The notes beneath the pieces were generated by a model that had not been told where the DNA came from, ran no database searches, and was given only the letters and a program-made list of their open reading frames with translations. The translations under genes and the position numbers were made by a program. Positions 19,897 to 28,982 of a stretch of 64,000 nucleotides of DNA are shown piece after piece. Source of the stretch: Clostridium omnivorum (GTDB lineage: Bacteria > Bacillota > Clostridia > Clostridiales > Clostridiaceae); NCBI RefSeq assembly GCF_026012015.1, contig NZ_BRXR01000001.1, positions 3,196,728-3,260,727 of the forward strand. The letters are read 5' to 3'. Position 1 is the stretch's first letter. The number at the start of each line of letters is the position of its first letter.

Positions 19897-20721
19897 TTGT
19901 CTGAATTCTTTTTTATAGTTTTTAAAATGAGTTTTATTGAGATAGCCTATCTAATAGGTGTCATATTAATTGTTGGTTTTATGTTAGGAATTATGGAAGG
20001 TTTATCAAATAATTTTATGCAGCGTGCACTTGGGAGAAAGGGAGTTATGCTTACTGCTTGGCTTGGAACTCCTGTACACGAAATAGGACATGCATTAATG
20101 TGTATAATTTTTAAGCACAATATAACAGAAATTAGGCTTCTTAACACAAGGTCAGATTCTGAAGTTTTAGGTTATGTAAGGCATAGCTATAACCCTAATA
20201 GCCTTTATCAAAGAGTAGGTAATTTATTTATTGGACTTGGACCAATATTTAGTGGAACAGCATCTTTAATAATAGCTTTATATCTGCTTCTTCCTAAGGC
20301 TTTTAATACTTATAAGGTATTTCTTGTGCAGGGGATTAATAGCGATAAAATTGACAAAGGTACCATTAGTTCTATATTTAGTGCAGGTACTACTTTGACA
20401 AAAAGTATATTTACGGTTCCTAATATATCAAATATAAACTTTTGGATATTTTTGATTATTGCAATATGCATAGCCTCACATATAGCTTTAAGCAAGGCAG
20501 ATATGAATGGAGCAAAGGATGGACTTCTTGTACTTTTTATACTTATATTTATGGTGAATATAATAATGAGGTATTTTAGTATAAATACTACAAACTATAT
20601 TATAAGGCTTTCCAGATATAATGCACATTTAATTGGGTTTTTGATAATTGCTCTTATCTTTTCTGCTTTTACTTTAGTATTTAGTCTGCTGTGTTATGGA
20701 ATAGCTTCTCTTAAGAGATAA
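19897..20721 (+). CDS. Polytopic membrane protein with an intramembrane HExxH motif (putative zinc metalloprotease, DUF3267-like)
   Basis: TPVHEIGHALMCIIF lies in a TM helix. There are about six TM segments. Confidence 0.5.
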   Translation: MSEFFFIVFKMSFIEIAYLIGVILIVGFMLGIMEGLSNNFMQRALGRKGVMLTAWLGTPVHEIGHALMCIIFKHNITEIRLLNTRSDSEVLGYVRHSYNPNSLYQRVGNLFIGLGPIFSGTASLIIALYLLLPKAFNTYKVFLVQGINSDKIDKGTISSIFSAGTTLTKSIFTVPNISNINFWIFLIIAICIASHIALSKADMNGAKDGLLVLFILIFMVNIIMRYFSINTTNYIIRLSRYNAHLIGFLIIALIFSAFTLVFSLLCYGIASLKR

Positions 20722-20778
20722 TTCAGTTTTGATAATTAAAATATTAAGTTTTTAAGCATTTTTATTAAAAAATAATGA

Positions 20779-20805
20779 AAACACACCCTAGGGTGTGTTT
20801 TTTAC
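20779..20805 (+). terminator. Intrinsic terminator
   Basis: Perfect palindrome ACACACCCTAGGGTGTGT followed by TTTTTT. Confidence 0.6.
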
Positions 20806-20882
20806 TATTGAAAAAGTGTGAGTTACAGTATAATCTTATTATGTAAGTATTTTGAAGTACGTTTTGAGAGAGGCAAATTTAT

Positions 20883-21731
20883 ATGAAAAATAAACTTAAT
20901 GTAAATAAAACAATTGTAACTGTAATTATATTAAATGCATTTCAAATAGCTGTAATCATTGGGGCTGTTATCTATAAGTATTTCATGAAAAAAAGTGTTA
21001 AAATAGATAGTTTTGATTCCTTATTAATAATAACGGTAATACTAATACTAATTAATAGCTTTTTAACTATTAAGGATATACATTTATTGGGGGAGCAGAG
21101 CTCGCAGTATGACTTTATTAAGGATACCTTAGAAAAAGTTGAAGACTTAAATAGAGTTTTAAGAGCACAAAGACACGATTTTATGAATCATCTTCAAGTA
21201 GTTCATGGGCTTATGGAAATGGATGAATATGATGATGCTAAGGATTATATAGAAAAGGTATTTAATGATATTCAGAAGGTAAATAAAATATTAAAAACTT
21301 CAAACCCAGCTGTAAATGCACTATTGGAGGCAAAAGTTATATATAGTGAAAAAAGAGGAATTAAAACACATGTTAATGTTAATTCTCAGCTAAAGAATAT
21401 TAAGATGCCAGGATGGGAATTATGCAGGGTACTTGGAAACCTTATTGATAATGCTATTTATGCAATTCAGCAAAATGGAGAGCAAGGATGTATAACTATT
21501 GATATATTTGAGGATCTAAAACAATATGGATTTAAAATAAAAGATAATGGACCACAAATTCAGCAAGACATAATTGACAAAATATTTGAGGTAGGATTTA
21601 CAACAAAAGGCGAAAAGGGAGAAGGTATGGGACTTGCTATCACCAAAGAAATTTTAAATAAATACGGTGGTGATATTATAGTCACAAGTGATAAAGATAA
21701 GACTGAATTTGAAGGCTGGATTCCAAAGTAA
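20883..21731 (+). CDS. Sensor histidine kinase with a minimal two-TM sensor, SpoOB-like H-box and GHKL ATPase (LytTR-partner / AgrC-CitA type)
   Basis: Two N-terminal TM helices. H-box RAQRHDFMNHLQVVHGLMEM (RHDF.NHL). The ATP-binding region NLIDNAIYA...GEGMGLAI carries the N and G boxes. Confidence 0.75.
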   Translation: MKNKLNVNKTIVTVIILNAFQIAVIIGAVIYKYFMKKSVKIDSFDSLLIITVILILINSFLTIKDIHLLGEQSSQYDFIKDTLEKVEDLNRVLRAQRHDFMNHLQVVHGLMEMDEYDDAKDYIEKVFNDIQKVNKILKTSNPAVNALLEAKVIYSEKRGIKTHVNVNSQLKNIKMPGWELCRVLGNLIDNAIYAIQQNGEQGCITIDIFEDLKQYGFKIKDNGPQIQQDIIDKIFEVGFTTKGEKGEGMGLAITKEILNKYGGDIIVTSDKDKTEFEGWIPK

Positions 21732-21901
21732 ATATTTTAATATAAGTGTATCTGCATTTTTAGAATGAAAAAATGACAATTTGAGCATTAGTGTGTATCT
21801 TATAGCCAGCAGGTATTACTATAGAATAACTGTTCTGCTATTATATTATTATAGACAAGAGCTTAAGGTCATGTTTAGAAATTGGAGGAGGAGGTAATAA
21901 T

Positions 21902-22402
21902 TTGGAACTGGTAGGACTATTAACAAACCTCAGCCTGATTGCAATAATTTGTTTTATTGCTGGGTTTGCGCTGGTAGTAGTAGAAATGTTCCATCCTGGT
22001 TTTGGAGCACCAGGTATAATGGGAGGTATTTTACTAGTACTAGGAGTAATTATGACGGCTAAAAGTGTGCTGCAAGCATTTATACTTTTGCTAATTATTA
22101 TGGCAATTTTGGGAGCGGCCTTAGCAATAGTACTTCAATCAGCAGCAAAAGGAAGGCTTAATAGAATTCTTATACTTCATGAAGCGCAAAAAAAAGAAGA
22201 TGGATACATTGGAACGGAAGACTTAAACTATTTTTTAGGCCAGACAGGCAATACAGTTACTGTATTGAGGCCAGCAGGTACTGCAGATTTTAGCGGTATT
22301 AAACTTGATGTAGTGTCAGAGGGAGAATTTATTTCTAAGGATACTAAAGTTAAAATAATTAAGGTTCAGGGAAGAAGAATAGTAGTGAAAGAGTGTAAAT
22401 AG
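21902..22402 (+). CDS. NfeD-like membrane protein (YqfB/YuaF type, OB-fold C-terminus)
   Basis: Three N-terminal TM helices plus a C-terminal beta-rich region [45 protein letters not shown] typical of short NfeD proteins. TTG start with RBS GGAGGAGG. It is immediately upstream of floA. Confidence 0.65.
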   Translation: MELVGLLTNLSLIAIICFIAGFALVVVEMFHPGFGAPGIMGGILLVLGVIMTAKSVLQAFILLLIIMAILGAALAIVLQSAAKGRLNRILILHEAQKKEDGYIGTEDLNYFLGQTGNTVTVLRPAGTADFSGIKLDVVSEGEFISKDTKVKIIKVQGRRIVVKECK

Positions 22403-22416
22403 AAAGGGGTATTTTT

Positions 22417-23427
22417 ATGGGAAGTGGAAGTTTAGCAGGGATTATTATTATTATTGCTATAGTTATTTTAGCATTAACATTATTTTTAACCTTTGTGCCA
22501 ATCGGACTATGGATTTCAGCACTAGCTGCAAATGTTAAGGTTAGTATTTTTAATTTAATAGGTATGAGACTTAGAAGGGTTGTTCCAAGTAGAATAGTAC
22601 TACCATTAATTAAGGCGGTTAAGGGTGGAATAGGAGTAAATGTAAATGAACTAGAGGCACATTACCTTGCAGGGGGAAATGTAGATAAAGTTGTAGATTC
22701 ATTAATAGCTGCTCATAGAGCGGATTTCAATCTACCTTTTGAAAGAGCAGCAGCTATTGACCTTGCAGGCAGAGATGTTTTAGAAGCTGTAAAGATGAGT
22801 GTTAATCCTAGGGTTATTGAAACACCAAATGTTTCAGCAGTAGCTAAGGATGGTATAGAGCTTTTAGTTAAAGCAAGAGTTACTGTTAGAGCAAATCTTG
22901 ATAGACTTATTGGTGGAGCTGGAGAAGCTACAGTAATAGCAAGAGTTGGTGAAGGTATAGTAACAACTGTAGGTAGTTCTCATTCTCATAAGGAAGTGCT
23001 TGAAAATCCAGATGCTATATCAAAAACTGTTTTGTCAAAAGGTTTAGATGCAGGTACTGCCTTTGAAATCTTATCTATAGATATTGCTGACGTAGATGTA
23101 GGTAGAAATATAGGAGCTGAACTTCAATCTTTACAAGCTCAAGCAGATAAAAACATAGCTCAAGCTAAGGCAGAGGAAAGAAGGGCAATGGCAGTAGCTA
23201 AAGAACAGGAAATGAGAGCGGCTGTAGTAGAAGCTGAAGCTGAAATTCCAAAGGCAATGGCTCAGGCTCTAAGAGAAGGGAGTCTCGGGGTTATGGATTA
23301 TTACAATATGCAGAACGTGATATCCGATACAAAGATGAGAGAATCCATATCAACTGTTAATAAGAAGGACAATGTAAAATTTAATGCAAACTCAAAAAAG
23401 AATGAAGATCAAGCTTCTAAGCAATAA
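22417..23427 (+). CDS. floA: Flotillin-like protein FloA (YqfA / UPF0365, SPFH domain)
   Basis: N-terminal hairpin [47 protein letters not shown] and length about 330 aa match the FloA/YqfA family. An Ala/Glu-rich coiled-coil tail is present. Confidence 0.8.
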   Translation: MGSGSLAGIIIIIAIVILALTLFLTFVPIGLWISALAANVKVSIFNLIGMRLRRVVPSRIVLPLIKAVKGGIGVNVNELEAHYLAGGNVDKVVDSLIAAHRADFNLPFERAAAIDLAGRDVLEAVKMSVNPRVIETPNVSAVAKDGIELLVKARVTVRANLDRLIGGAGEATVIARVGEGIVTTVGSSHSHKEVLENPDAISKTVLSKGLDAGTAFEILSIDIADVDVGRNIGAELQSLQAQADKNIAQAKAEERRAMAVAKEQEMRAAVVEAEAEIPKAMAQALREGSLGVMDYYNMQNVISDTKMRESISTVNKKDNVKFNANSKKNEDQASKQ

Positions 23428-23440
23428 ATAGAAAGGGTGG

Positions 23441-23782
23441 TTGATTGTGCCCAATCTTAGTGAATATTTTGATAAAATTAAAACAGTAAATGAAAAACTA
23501 AAAAACGCTGCAAATGGTATCGAACTTATGAGAACTAAAATTCCAATGTCATGGGAAGATAATACAAAGGGCAAATATAAAGAGAATAATGATGATAATG
23601 TGCTGAAAGAGAATTCAGTTAATGAAAATTATGCAGAAAAAGAAGTTCAGAAAGAAGAAATAGCTGTAAAGAACCGTGATGACAACAATATAAATGTGGA
23701 TTTCAATGAAACAAATTTGGCACAAGCATTTATCTATTCAGAGATTTTTGGAAAGCCTAAAAGCTTAAGAAGGGGAAGGTAA
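23441..23782 (+). CDS. Hypothetical Lys/Glu/Asn-rich small protein
   Basis: ORF tightly packed between floA and the response regulator, with a 4-nt gap to the RR gene. No recognisable domain. Confidence 0.35.
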   Translation: MIVPNLSEYFDKIKTVNEKLKNAANGIELMRTKIPMSWEDNTKGKYKENNDDNVLKENSVNENYAEKEVQKEEIAVKNRDDNNINVDFNETNLAQAFIYSEIFGKPKSLRRGR

Positions 23783-23786
23783 CAGC

Positions 23787-24530
23787 ATGGAGATAAAGGT
23801 TTTAATTTGTGACGATGATTTTGGAATGAGATTAATGCTGAAAAAGGCTGTTGAAAAAGTTGAAGGCTTTAAAATAGTGGGAGAGGCAGAGGATGGAGAG
23901 GCTGCACTCTCCCTTTATAAGTGTTTAAATCCAGAAGTGGTATTTATAGATGTGGAAATGCCAAAACTTAATGGCCTAGAATGTGCAAAACTAATTTGTG
24001 ATAAGAATCCTAAGACAAAGATTATTTTTGCCACAGGTCATAATGAATACATGTTTGATGCATTTAAAGTATACGCTTTTGATTATTTGACCAAGCCATT
24101 TAAAGTAGAAAGAATATTTCAAACCTTGGATAGAATTAAAGAATTATACGATGTTTCAAAAGAAAAGTCTATTCATGAAATAATTAGGTATGAAAGTGGA
24201 CTTAATAAAATACTGCTTAAAAATAAAGAAGGCATAAATTTTGTAGATATGGAAGACATAATTATTATTCAAAGAGAAGAAAGAACAACTGCAATATATA
24301 CTTCTAATGACTGTTATACTACTTCGGAAACTTTAAGTGAATTAGAGGATAGATTAGATAAAAATCAGTTTTTTAGAAGCCACAAATCCTACATTATTAA
24401 CTTATCAAGAATTAATAAAATATATCCCTATGGAAGATGGACTTATATAATTAAGCTAAAGGATACTGAAAAGGATGCTCTTCTTACCCACGACAAATAT
24501 GAGGAATTGAAGAAATTATTTAATATATAA
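23787..24530 (+). CDS. LytTR-family response regulator (receiver plus LytTR DNA-binding domain)
   Basis: Receiver start MEIKVLICDDDFGMR with a phospho-acceptor D in FIDVEMP. The C-terminal LytTR domain is present (FFRSHKSYIINLSRI). RBS GAAGGGGAAGG. Confidence 0.8.
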   Translation: MEIKVLICDDDFGMRLMLKKAVEKVEGFKIVGEAEDGEAALSLYKCLNPEVVFIDVEMPKLNGLECAKLICDKNPKTKIIFATGHNEYMFDAFKVYAFDYLTKPFKVERIFQTLDRIKELYDVSKEKSIHEIIRYESGLNKILLKNKEGINFVDMEDIIIIQREERTTAIYTSNDCYTTSETLSELEDRLDKNQFFRSHKSYIINLSRINKIYPYGRWTYIIKLKDTEKDALLTHDKYEELKKLFNI

Positions 24531-24594
24531 TATAATTAAATAGTGGTAAATATATTAGTATAGTAACAACAGGTGGAAGGTGGAGAGTTTTTAT

Positions 24595-25356
24595 ATGAAA
24601 TTATTACTTGCTAATGACGATGGAATTAACGCAGAGGGGCTTTATGCACTAGCGGAGGAACTTCAAAAGGAGCACGAACTTATTATATCAGCACCAGATA
24701 GTCAAAGAAGTGCCAGTAGTCATTCGATTACTATAAATAGACCGCTAACTGTAAGAGAAGTAGTACTTCCTGGAATTAACTGTAAGGCCTATAGTGTGGA
24801 TGGTACACCGGCTGATTGTGTAAGGATAGCCTTGGATAAACTTGTTGATGGGAAAGTTGACATGGTTATATCAGGAATTAATAGAGGTCTAAATATAGGT
24901 ACTGATGTATTATATTCAGGTACTGTATCGGCTGCAATAGAGGCAGCAATATATAAGGTTCCTTCAGTTGCAGTTTCTTTGGAAATTGAAAGGAAAAATG
25001 AAGATTATAAAATAGCAGCAAAATATGCCTCAATGGTACTTAATAAAATTAAGGAAAATGGAATAGGTGAGAATACTGTTCTTAATATAAATGTTCCAGG
25101 AGTATTTGAAGATGAAATAAAAGGTATAAAAGTATGTAAAATTGGAAGCAGAACTTATGCAAATAATTTTGTTCCAATAGCAGTGGATGGAAATGCTATA
25201 ACTTATAGCATAAACGATTCTGTTATTGAAGCTTCTCATGAGGATACTGATACTTATTATATTGAAGATAATTATGTAACCTTGACACCACTGCATTATG
25301 ACTTTACAAACTTTAATATGTTAAATGATATAAGTAAATGGTTTAAGGAGTTCTAG
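24595..25356 (+). CDS. surE: 5'/3'-nucleotidase SurE
   Basis: MKLLLANDDGINAEGL is the canonical SurE N-terminus. The ORF track starts at a GTG at 24580, but the ATG at 24595 has a better RBS (GGTGGAGAG). Confidence 0.85.
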   Translation: MKLLLANDDGINAEGLYALAEELQKEHELIISAPDSQRSASSHSITINRPLTVREVVLPGINCKAYSVDGTPADCVRIALDKLVDGKVDMVISGINRGLNIGTDVLYSGTVSAAIEAAIYKVPSVAVSLEIERKNEDYKIAAKYASMVLNKIKENGIGENTVLNINVPGVFEDEIKGIKVCKIGSRTYANNFVPIAVDGNAITYSINDSVIEASHEDTDTYYIEDNYVTLTPLHYDFTNFNMLNDISKWFKEF

Positions 25357-25490
25357 TTAGAATTCCTTTTCACTTTGCAGAGACTGGCATAGTATCTAAG
25401 TATAAAATTATATGTTAGAATTGATTTATTTTTCTTTTACTGATATATTGTAATGGAAAATAAGAGAAAAGACACTAAGGAGAAATATGT

Positions 25491-26174
25491 ATGAAGAATG
25501 TTAAAAGAAAAAGGTTAATGTTTTCAGTGTTAGTTACAGTAATTTTAATAGCATTTTTAGCTGTAGGATGCGCAAAAAATCAAAATTCAGAAGTGAAAAA
25601 TACTGATAGCAGTAAAAAATCAGCTGATCAGGAAACTAAGGTTAATACACCTGAAAAAAATCCAGTGGCTACTATTGAAATGTCTGATGGAAGTAAGATA
25701 AAGGTTGAACTATATCCAGCTGTTGCTCCAAATACAGTGAAGAATTTCATATATTTAACTAAAAGTGGATTTTATAATGGACTCATTTTTCATAGAGTAA
25801 TACCAGGCTTTATGATTCAAGGTGGGGATCCAAATGGTAACGGTACTGGAGGGGCTGATTATACAATAAAAGGTGAATTTTCTAAGAATGGATTTAAAAA
25901 TAACTTGAAGCATGAAAGAGGAGTTATATCTATGGCAAGAGGCTCCAGTTCGAATTCAGCTAGCTCTCAGTTTTTTATAATGGTAGCTGATGCGCCACAT
26001 TTAGACGGTGAATATGCTGCATTTGGAAAGGTAATAGAAGGTATGGAAGTTGCAGACAAAATTGTTGGAGTTAAGAGGGGTTCTAATGATAAGCCTCTAG
26101 TGGAACAGAAAATAAAGTCTATAACAGTAGATACCTTTGGCGTGAATTATGGAGAACCTGAAAAGATAAAATAG
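25491..26174 (+). CDS. Cyclophilin-type peptidyl-prolyl cis-trans isomerase, lipoprotein
   Basis: Lipobox LAVGCAKN. Cyclophilin motifs [14 protein letters not shown] and a Trp-lacking bacterial type SMARG....ASSQFFI. Confidence 0.85.
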   Translation: MKNVKRKRLMFSVLVTVILIAFLAVGCAKNQNSEVKNTDSSKKSADQETKVNTPEKNPVATIEMSDGSKIKVELYPAVAPNTVKNFIYLTKSGFYNGLIFHRVIPGFMIQGGDPNGNGTGGADYTIKGEFSKNGFKNNLKHERGVISMARGSSSNSASSQFFIMVADAPHLDGEYAAFGKVIEGMEVADKIVGVKRGSNDKPLVEQKIKSITVDTFGVNYGEPEKIK

Positions 26175-26187
26175 AATAAGTATAAAT

Positions 26188-26228
26188 AAGACCAGAAGGA
26201 TATATTATAGTCCTTCTGGTCTTATTAT
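26188..26228. terminator. Bidirectional terminator
   Basis: AAGACCAGAAGGA ... TCCTTCTGGTCTT, a 13-bp perfect stem. Confidence 0.6.
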
Positions 26229-26428
26229 TAATCATTAATTTCCTCTAAACTGCTTATGTGTGTAGGATTTATAACTAGTTCACTACCATTACACTGCAAT
26301 TTTACAAAATGGTTAATGAGAGCATTTTTTTTCTCAAAATTCATCCAAACAAATTGACCCATATTGCTTTCATTAGATTCTACAATATATTCTTTTCCAC
26401 TATCCATAACAATTTTTACTTTCAACAT
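26228..26428 (-). CDS. Hypothetical small protein (about 66 aa)
   Basis: ORF with a G-rich RBS (GGGGGG) before ATG/TTG at about 26428. No recognisable domain. Confidence 0.3.
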   Translation of the reverse strand: MLKVKIVMDSGKEYIVESNESNMGQFVWMNFEKKNALINHFVKLQCNGSELVINPTHISSLEEIND

Positions 26429-26641
26429 AATCCCCCCTAAAAAACCACTATATTTTACTTCTACCAAGATTAAGAAAATTCCTTTATTTTGTCGAAAATA
26501 AAGTGTTTTTTCTGAAAACTATATGGGCATAAGCTAAATTGTTTTAAAGCTGCATTGATATTAAGAAGTAGCTATTAATGGTAACAGTTATTTGGTATAT
26601 TGAATAAGATAAATTGAGTAAATTAGGAAAGGAATAAAGGC

Positions 26642-28009
26642 ATGTATGCTGATAAAAGTAATAAACATACTTTTAAAAATAAAAAACACATAGCCTATGG
26701 AAGTGAAAATAAAGAAGTAATATTTAATGCGGCAAAAGTGCTGATTGAAAATATTGATGAACAATACGGTGGTTTTGGAACTGCAGCAAAGACTATTTCA
26801 CCAGAAAAATTGTTGCTGCTTTTAAATTATTATAAAATTAATCCAAATGCCGAACTTTTAAAAAAAATAGAAAAGACTCTTTACAATATGTATAAAGGTG
26901 GAATATTTGATCATTTAGGCTATGGATTTTTTAGAAGCTCTAAAGTTAGACAATGGACCGACCCGGTGCTGCAAAAGATGCTGTATGATAATCTTATCCT
27001 TATAATTGTTTATTCAGAAGCATATGGCATTACAAGTAAAAAGATATACAGTGAAGTAGTAGAGAAAATATATGAATATTTAGTTAGAGAGATGATGAAT
27101 TCTAAGGGGGGCTTTTATTTTACTGATGGAGAAGATAAGACAGCAGATAATGAATTTTATACTTGGAATTATCCTCAGATAGAAGAAGTTTTAGGCAAAA
27201 AGGATGCTGTTACATTTTGTAAATATTACAATATTCCTGTTTCAGTAAGTGGGGCTAAGGGTATTATTCCTAATCAAATAGGTATATCAATTAACAGAAT
27301 AAGAAATGATGAAAGATTAAATAGACGGCTTATATGTATGTGTAATAACCTATACTTAAAAAGGCATCAGGATGCAAAAACTAAAAAAAACTATAAAATA
27401 TATTCCTCACTGAATAGTTTAGCAGTAGCAGCCTTAGCTCATGGCGGAAGGATGATTAATAACAGTAAACTTATTGCAAGCTCTGAAAAAACACTAAGGT
27501 TTATTTATAGAGAACTTAGTAAGGAAGATGGAAGGCTAATTCAATGCCTTGATAATGGAAAGGCTGAAGGAGTTGCTCATCAAAGGACCTATGCTTATTT
27601 GATTTGGGCACTAATTGAACTCTATTGTTCAACTCTTAAGTCAACTTTTTTAAATAGGGCAATTGATCTTAATGAAAAAATGATAAAAAACTTTTGGGAT
27701 GAAAAAGGAGGAGGTTTCTTTACTACAGAATCAAATAAAGATAAGATATTTAGAAATACTTCCAGTATAAATGGAAATGAAGCTGCACTATTAAACTTCG
27801 TACATTTAAATAGATTAAGCTTAAATAGTGAGATTGAAAATAAAGCTTCGAAATTACTTAGATTATATAGGAATCAGGTTAAAGAACAGCTAGATGGTTA
27901 TGAATTTTATATTATAGCTCTAATTGAGAAAAATAGCAGCATTAGTGTACCTAGCGAAGAAATAAATAACTTAATGGCTGAAGTTATAGATATTAATGAA
28001 AAAGAATAG
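26642..28009 (+). CDS. YyaL/SSP411-family protein lacking the N-terminal thioredoxin-like (DUF255) domain; six-hairpin (N-acylglucosamine-2-epimerase-like) part only
   Basis: The segment NIDEQYGGFGTAAKTISPEKLLLLLNYY corresponds to the region that follows the thioredoxin domain in full-length YyaL proteins of about 680 aa. The ORF is only 455 aa and the upstream 170 bp is non-coding. Confidence 0.55.
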   Translation: MYADKSNKHTFKNKKHIAYGSENKEVIFNAAKVLIENIDEQYGGFGTAAKTISPEKLLLLLNYYKINPNAELLKKIEKTLYNMYKGGIFDHLGYGFFRSSKVRQWTDPVLQKMLYDNLILIIVYSEAYGITSKKIYSEVVEKIYEYLVREMMNSKGGFYFTDGEDKTADNEFYTWNYPQIEEVLGKKDAVTFCKYYNIPVSVSGAKGIIPNQIGISINRIRNDERLNRRLICMCNNLYLKRHQDAKTKKNYKIYSSLNSLAVAALAHGGRMINNSKLIASSEKTLRFIYRELSKEDGRLIQCLDNGKAEGVAHQRTYAYLIWALIELYCSTLKSTFLNRAIDLNEKMIKNFWDEKGGGFFTTESNKDKIFRNTSSINGNEAALLNFVHLNRLSLNSEIENKASKLLRLYRNQVKEQLDGYEFYIIALIEKNSSISVPSEEINNLMAEVIDINEKE

Positions 28010-28111
28010 TACAATAGTGTAAAAAAGAACAAAAGTACCTTCTCTTATTTGATGTATCAATTGTAAGAGAATAATATGCATAGCAAACAGAGGAAGAAAA
28101 GGTGATAAAGC

Positions 28112-28309
28112 ATGGATAAAGAGCAGGTTTTAACAATGGACCCATATATTCTTCTTAGTATTGTAAATATGAAGCTAAGGGATAGCTTTGAAAGCTTTGA
28201 AGGCATGTGTGAGGAATATGATCTTGAAGCGGATTTGCTTAAAAAAAGATTAAAGATTATAGGATATAATTACAATCCAGGTAATAATCAATTTATAGCT
28301 GTAGATTAA
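28112..28309 (+). CDS. DUF4250-family small protein
   Basis: MDPYILLSIVNMKLRD...EEYDLEADLLKKRLKIIGYNYNPGNNQF matches the conserved DUF4250 pattern. Confidence 0.55.
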   Translation: MDKEQVLTMDPYILLSIVNMKLRDSFESFEGMCEEYDLEADLLKKRLKIIGYNYNPGNNQFIAVD

Positions 28310-28340
28310 TGAATTTAAAGTGGTAGGATTATAATGTTTA

Positions 28341-28372
28341 AAAGGTAGGTGATTTCCTACCTTTCATTTTTA
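28341..28372. terminator. Bidirectional terminator
   Basis: AAAGGTAGG-TGATTT-CCTACCTTT followed by CATTTTT. Confidence 0.5.
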
Positions 28373-28399
28373 CCATTTTTTATTTAAATGAGATTATTA

Positions 28400-28666
28400 C
28401 TAATCCGTAAAGGCATGAAAGGCCTGTATAAATACATAGTCTTCTCCTGCTTCTAGGGCATATTTTACTGCCTCATCCTGAGTTACTCCATTAATTACAA
28501 TATTTTCTTCCCGAGTGTTCAATTCTACCATGCTCTTTAAGATTTTAGCGTTATTTTCTCCTCTATCCATCATGTTCCTAATTTGACTATAAGTATTTTT
28601 GCTTACTCTTTTAACGGTACAATTATATTCATTTTCCATAAGTATTACACAGTATTGCTTAGCCAT
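28400..28666 (-). CDS. Hypothetical protein (88 aa)
   Basis: ORF with RBS AAGGAGGATAAATC before the ATG. No recognisable domain. Confidence 0.35.
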   Translation of the reverse strand: MAKQYCVILMENEYNCTVKRVSKNTYSQIRNMMDRGENNAKILKSMVELNTREENIVINGVTQDEAVKYALEAGEDYVFIQAFHAFTD

Positions 28667-28982
28667 GATTTATCCTCCTTGAATTCACTAGGGGCAGTTA
28701 ATAATTGATTATTGTTGTGCCTCCCGTATTTCTATGTTGGTTTAAATTGAAATAATAGTCTTGAAGCCTATGCATTATAGTTTCATATTTTAGTTTGTCT
28801 TTCTATAATATTTTTATTACTTTTTGACATTTATTTTTAAAGCATAATACTTTTATTTTTTGATATAGATAGTATTAATATTGGATAGAAAGGAAAATAA
28901 GCTAATTTACTTACATTTTATGGAAATAAGTTGGATTATGATATATAATTTAAAGTAAATTATATCGAGGAGTTGTTAGTAG

